Below, in pieces: positions 59,597-64,000 of a stretch of 64,000 nt of DNA (the stretch's first letter is position 1; each line of letters starts with the position of its first letter). The position numbers and the translations under genes were made by a program. The DNA is from an uncultured virus (IMG/VR IMGVR_UViG_3300033074_002116). Lineage: Duplodnaviria > Heunggongvirae > Uroviricota > Caudoviricetes. The notes under the pieces are model-generated. The model was not told the origin of the DNA. It saw only the letters and a program-made list of their open reading frames with translations, and made no database searches. The stretch is from the IMG/VR virus record IMGVR_UViG_3300033074_002116. One strand, 5' to 3'.

Positions 59597-60625
59597 TCAT
59601 CGACTATTTTCCCGTCTTTCAAGTGCCTCAATCTTTGCCATGAGATTATTCTGTGTTTCAAGCATCTGCCCAATCAGCCCCATCAGCTTAACAACAGTCT
59701 GCTGCGCAGTGGTCCCGCCATTTACCATAGCTTCGACTTTCTGGATGTTTGCCTGAAGAGGATCTAGGGCTTCGCGGATAATCGCAGGCATCCGGTCGGC
59801 AATCCCTACAAAAGAATCCAGCGGCCGGATGCTTTCAATACTGTTTATGGCTCCGCGGGTGTTTTCCACCTCTGCAAGATCGGGCCGCACTTTCTCCCCG
59901 GACTTATCAATAGACCATCCTTCCGCAGTAACCCCTTTCTTTGCAGCTTCCCCTTCTGCCTGCACAAAGAAACTGATATGTTCCTTATAGATCGGCCTGC
60001 CCGTTGACTCCAGCCGGATCCTGCACCCGAACCTTCCCTGCACTTCTACGAACTGGTCCTTTACCGCGATGCAATACTGGTATGCCCGGAAGATAGCGTC
60101 ATCGACTGTGAATCCCCCGACCCTCTGGATCTTGTTGAGCTTGTCCATCTGGATCATGAGGGTCTTTCCCCAGACCGTAACAGTGAAATCGGGATCACCA
60201 TTTTTGCCGAAGAAGGTATAAGTGAGCCGTAAACCCCCTCGCGGTTTATACGATCCCTGGAGCGATGAGATCCGCGGGTCGTGGGAGTACTCGCCTGACC
60301 GCTGGAGGATCTTAAAGACCATGCCGATCCGGTGGACGCGGAAGGGAGAGAGCTTCGGGGCGTTTTCTTCGGAGAGTTGCTTTTCAGCTTCTTCGCTGAG
60401 ATCATAGAGGATGTTGTATTTCAGTCCCTTCTTTTTGCTGATCAGTCCTTTCTCTTCGAGCCTTGTGATTATGGCAGCAACCGATGACCGCGGGAACCCG
60501 GTGGCGTGGGTAATGCGGGATGCTGGCAGGGAATCGCGGATGAGGAGAAGGATCCGGCGCTCGCGCTCGGTAAGATCGCGGGCAGCCTGCCGTTGCCAGT
60601 ATTCCTGAAGGTTGTGCTGCGGCAT
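59597..60625 (-). CDS. wHTH (MarR-like) fused to an unknown domain, possible replication initiator
   Basis: LTERERRIL...FPRSSVAAIITRLEEKGLI; FRVHRI and WSIDKS motifs; coiled-coil tail. Confidence 0.55.
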   Translation of the reverse strand: MPQHNLQEYWQRQAARDLTERERRILLLIRDSLPASRITHATGFPRSSVAAIITRLEEKGLISKKKGLKYNILYDLSEEAEKQLSEENAPKLSPFRVHRIGMVFKILQRSGEYSHDPRISSLQGSYKPRGGLRLTYTFFGKNGDPDFTVTVWGKTLMIQMDKLNKIQRVGGFTVDDAIFRAYQYCIAVKDQFVEVQGRFGCRIRLESTGRPIYKEHISFFVQAEGEAAKKGVTAEGWSIDKSGEKVRPDLAEVENTRGAINSIESIRPLDSFVGIADRMPAIIREALDPLQANIQKVEAMVNGGTTAQQTVVKLMGLIGQMLETQNNLMAKIEALERRENSR

Positions 60626-60954
60626 GGTTGAGGGAGCGGGAAGAGAGGGGTTTAGGGAAACGAGGAATTAAAAGTTGTGATTTGATTTTTGAGGTTATGT
60701 ATCAGTTTTGTCTTTCTTCTCTTCCGGAAACAACCGCCTCAATACATGCACATAGCACAATGGCGGAATGTCTTTCACTATCCTTTCCTTTGCCCGGAAC
60801 GCACACTCCTTTTCTTCCCGGCAGCAGAATTGTGAATGGTGCGTTTCCCCACAGGCAATCTCCGCGGCAAAGAGGGCGGATTCCATCTGGGCGTGATAGC
60901 GTTCCATGCGTTTGCTGAAGGGCATGAGGTGGCGGGCGGATTGGGATTTGTCGG

Positions 60955-61407
60955 TCATGGATCCCACCGTAAAATCTGCGCAGGCGCGCCTTCTGCCGGG
61001 ATCTTCCCATTCTTCCCGATCAGCACATTACGTAAGGCTTCTCCGGTTGGAGGATTGATGCAATCCAGTTCTGCAAGCCAATTTAGACTTTCCCATGGTG
61101 ACGAACAAGGATTTTGGAAAACTCCCGGTTGCCACTCGTCATAAAACGTGATCCCGTATACCCTAATGATGCAATAGATTGCAGTCGCAATCTCCATATA
61201 CCCAGTAATATATTCCGGATGTGACCAATATGGCCGACCGGTCCAGCGGTAAAACCGGACCCGGTCGCCTACCTGTTTACGGATGATCTCACCGGGGTGC
61301 TTCTTGGACTTTGAGATCGTGCAGAATCTGATCGTCTGGGTACATTCTCCCTTTCGGACCGGCTCAATCTTCGGCGGATATGTGAGTGGCAAATTCCAAG
61401 ATCTCAT
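60955..61407 (-). CDS. ASCH/PUA-like domain protein
   Basis: KIEPVRKGECTQTIR...VGDRVRFY.W.GRP. Confidence 0.7.
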   Translation of the reverse strand: MRSWNLPLTYPPKIEPVRKGECTQTIRFCTISKSKKHPGEIIRKQVGDRVRFYRWTGRPYWSHPEYITGYMEIATAIYCIIRVYGITFYDEWQPGVFQNPCSSPWESLNWLAELDCINPPTGEALRNVLIGKNGKIPAEGAPAQILRWDP

Positions 61408-62447
61408 GCTTTCTTCCCCTTGCCCCAGGTTATTTTTGATTGTTTCAAAACATACCTGTTCATCTGAGCGAAGGTCACAAGACCTTTACCCTTGCAGGTA
61501 GGGCAATCGAGGATGTATTTGCAAGGGCGGTCGCAACAGTCTTTCCCTTCCATACAATGATCTCCATCATATTCCGGATGAGAGCAAAGCGTTTCAAGGC
61601 CGCCGCATTGGGGGCAGATCTCGTCTTTCGGAACTGGGTTAGTCATCCGTGATACCCCACAATAAGAACATCTCCCTCTTTGTTAAGCTGATACTCTTCA
61701 ACGTTGCAACATCCGAAGTATGGCATCATCAGCCAGAGAATGTAATCGTTTTTATAGACCGCGGGCCTTATGGCAAACCAATCCACATCATCTGTGGTGA
61801 TCTGTTCTTTTTCCAGGAAGTCTTTGATCCATTGCGGTAAGTGCCGGTAGTCCCAGACGCAGATTGTTGATTTTGGATCGATGATTGTTTTGGTCATAAG
61901 ACTTGCACCTCAATCTCTTTCCCGTCTTTGAACATCTTCTTCGCTCTCAGGATTTTGAATACTCTTTTGGCTACTTCTTCTGCGGTTTGGTCCTGATTGC
62001 ATGGCGTTGCGTTGTAAGCGTATTTTCCGGATGCGCCCGATCCAAGATCTATTTTTGTCCAGATATAGTCCGGCAGAAGAACACCGCTAAGGCGCTTGAA
62101 GTCTGGTTCATTTTCCAAGCATACTGCCCAATAGCCGGTCTTTTCTCCGGATTTACATTGCTCGACAAACTCTTCGATATCAAAGGATTCCGGGAGTTCG
62201 AATTCGTAGGCACTGAGATCGTCACCCATCATTTCGTTTTCCTTCTTGGCAGATCCGTCTTTTTCAATTCCTCAGTACAATACTTAATGATCTCGTCGCA
62301 GAGCCAGCCGGTATCGTCTATTCTCAATTGCGCCTGATCGAACTTGTCCGCAGCATTCCAGGATTCGAGCCCGCCCCACAATGCAGAAAGGTGTTCCTTT
62401 GCATCACGGGCAAGGATCTTTAGTTCGACAAGTTCCGATGCCCGCAA
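61404..62447 (-). other. Small hypothetical genes 61404-61646 (CxxCxGxG), 61643-61897, 61894-62232, 62229-62447
   Basis: ATGA-coupled ORFs. Confidence 0.6.
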
Positions 62448-63070
62448 TGAGCGGTTCGGAATTGCTGCCGGGTTTTCCGCGTTCTCGGTGAGGTCTTGTT
62501 GGGTTTCGGGAATCGTACCTCATTCCCCCATGCAGACCAACCCTCGTGGGGATTCCGGGCAAAGAATTCGACACGCTTATTGAGATTATTACGGGCAAGT
62601 ACCGGTTCTATTTTCTCCCAGTACTCTTTGGGCTTTTCGGAATGTATCCCGGGCTTAGCAATAATAAGGTTGTCTGCGCTTTCCCGGAATGCCGGGACTT
62701 TCCCGCGGGTGCAGAAAAGGCATTCTTCCACAGAGCCGCGCCACCAGTTGCCAAGGCCGGGTTTACCTCCCTTATCTTTGATCCAGTAGAGGGAAGTTTT
62801 ATATTTAAATCCCCATTTTTCGATCAGGTGGCTTTCAATGATATCTGTTTTTAGCGGGGTTGTGATCCAAAGGAAAAGAACGGCGTTCTTTGCCGCGATG
62901 TCTTTGACCGGGAGAGCGCTTAGTTCGTCCAGCGACATTGTAGGATATTTTTGGCAGGCACCGGATTTCATTGAGCCGCCGGTGCGTTTGCTGCGATATT
63001 CCCAAGGGGGATCTACTGAGAGGGCTTGATAGTTTCCATGCAGGAGATCGGTGAAGGAGCGAGTGATCAT
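62420..63070 (-). CDS. MT-A70 family N6-adenine methyltransferase
   Basis: VDPPW, YPTM, LFLWIT, WGFKYKT...WIK, HSEKP, EFFAR...W..WGNE. Confidence 0.92.
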   Translation of the reverse strand: MITRSFTDLLHGNYQALSVDPPWEYRSKRTGGSMKSGACQKYPTMSLDELSALPVKDIAAKNAVLFLWITTPLKTDIIESHLIEKWGFKYKTSLYWIKDKGGKPGLGNWWRGSVEECLFCTRGKVPAFRESADNLIIAKPGIHSEKPKEYWEKIEPVLARNNLNKRVEFFARNPHEGWSAWGNEVRFPKPNKTSPRTRKTRQQFRTAHCGHRNLSN

Positions 63071-63771
63071 ATTACAATATCCACCTTCCACACTCTTTTC
63101 GGTTTCAAAGCTTTCTTTACGGTGTTGCATTCTTTCCGTTCACGGTGATCCTTTTTACAAGTGCGGCTGAATGTGCAAGTCTTTTCGCAGACAAAGATTT
63201 CTATTGCGATCTCCTGGTATCTGCGCCAAAGGGTGTCCCTTTTTATTTTTGAGAGTTTAATTAAAGACCCATCCAAATCATATTTTATGGCGGCTTCGAA
63301 TTTGGAACGCCTTAAATTAAATCCTACCGTTTCAATGAGATGATGATATATTGGAATGTTGTTGTAGATCTCTATCTTGGTCGCAGTTCCGGATATGGCC
63401 CGCTTCCCAAGAGGAGAGGTGCAGTATTTGTCCTCCCCAATCTTCGTTATTAATCCAGATTCCAATGTATCTTCAAAGATGCGGTTCCCTTTTAACTCAT
63501 CGAGATTTAGGATCCTTGCTGCCCGATTTTGGGTAATGGGTTCGTGGATGTCTTGAATGGTAAACATATATCCGCAATCGCGGCAAACCCTCCTAGGTCT
63601 TTTAATTCCCTTGTATTCCCAATACCCTTTCTTCCAGAGATCGGCGCTCCCGCATCTTGGGCAGTTCGTGCCGGTGACACCAGAACAAAGAACTTCAATA
63701 TCGTGAACGCATTCTTTAAGCGGGGTCGCCGGAATTCCGTATTTGGTTAGTTCGCTCCTAGCCTCTGACAT
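63067..63771 (-). CDS. Zn-ribbon (InsA-like) domain hypothetical protein
   Basis: CPRCGS..LWKKG...RRVCRDCGYMF. Confidence 0.6.
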   Translation of the reverse strand: MSEARSELTKYGIPATPLKECVHDIEVLCSGVTGTNCPRCGSADLWKKGYWEYKGIKRPRRVCRDCGYMFTIQDIHEPITQNRAARILNLDELKGNRIFEDTLESGLITKIGEDKYCTSPLGKRAISGTATKIEIYNNIPIYHHLIETVGFNLRRSKFEAAIKYDLDGSLIKLSKIKRDTLWRRYQEIAIEIFVCEKTCTFSRTCKKDHRERKECNTVKKALKPKRVWKVDIVI

Positions 63772-63996
63772 TCAAACCTCCGAATAAATATTATCGAACA
63801 GGAACGATGACTGGGAATTACGGGAATGGACTGGTATTAATCTTCCCAACGAATGCCCGAGTATTGAGGCTTTCCCTTTGCGGCCCTTTACTTCTCGCAG
63901 GTATTCCGGATATCTCTGGTCAAATTCGTCCAGTATATCCGATGTCCGGATATATCTTCGCTGCGTTTTGAGAAAGGTGATCAGATCGGATCTCAT
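63772..63996 (-). CDS. Small HTH-like hypothetical protein
   Basis: IRTSDILDEF...ILGHSLGRL. Confidence 0.45.
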   Translation of the reverse strand: MRSDLITFLKTQRRYIRTSDILDEFDQRYPEYLREVKGRKGKASILGHSLGRLIPVHSRNSQSSFLFDNIYSEV

Positions 63997-64000
63997 GGTA

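Larger units (their letters stand above)
1..64000. mobile_element. Archaeal virus/provirus genome segment, probably non-tailed (spindle-shaped-like), likely methanogen host
   Basis: Recombinase, Bro-N protein, SNF2 helicase, HNH nucleases, tRNA cluster, many small Zn-finger/RHH genes, membrane-rich morphogenesis block; no cellular core genes; no ends or att sites visible. Confidence 0.85.

Noticed and set aside
63067..63771. IS1 transposase
   Set aside because: Only the zinc ribbon matches; no DDE domain or terminal inverted repeats seen
1..64000. Genome-wide TAG recoding
   Set aside because: Long genes are fully open in the standard code; I saw no genes fragmented by TAG
1..64000. CRISPR array, DGR or retron
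   Set aside because: No regularly spaced repeats and no reverse transcriptase motifs found by eye

Overview
The whole 64-kb window looks like part of a large archaeal virus or provirus genome. Genes are dense and short, with ATGA/TAATG overlaps, archaeal TATA promoters and no host housekeeping genes. A Methanoregula-type type IV pilin, an S-layer-like protein and PKD adhesins suggest a methanogen (Methanomicrobiales-like) host, by inference. No terminase, portal or HK97 capsid is recognisable. Instead, a ~29-kb minus-strand module (14.8-43.2 kb) encodes a two-helix hydrophobic hairpin protein resembling the major capsid protein (MCP) of spindle-shaped viruses, several similar hairpin proteins, a P-loop ATPase, membrane proteins and large glycoprotein adhesins. 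The putative MCP has a class III (pilin-type) signal-peptide-like site (SKG|AFTAILVG), and the element carries its own A24 prepilin peptidase and a pilin. Other highlights are: (1) a tRNA/ncRNA array with tRNA-Pro, tRNA-Gln, a Leu-like tRNA with a CUA (amber) anticodon, a tRNA mimic and structured spacer RNAs; (2) a SNF2 helicase with a Gly1 class 3 intein; (3) a tyrosine recombinase preceded by twin dyad sites; (4) a membrane-anchored JAB domain; (5) a triplicated microprotein family; (6) an AT-rich two-gene nuclease module; (7) an MT-A70 methyltransferase. All family calls come from motif recognition by eye, with no database searches.
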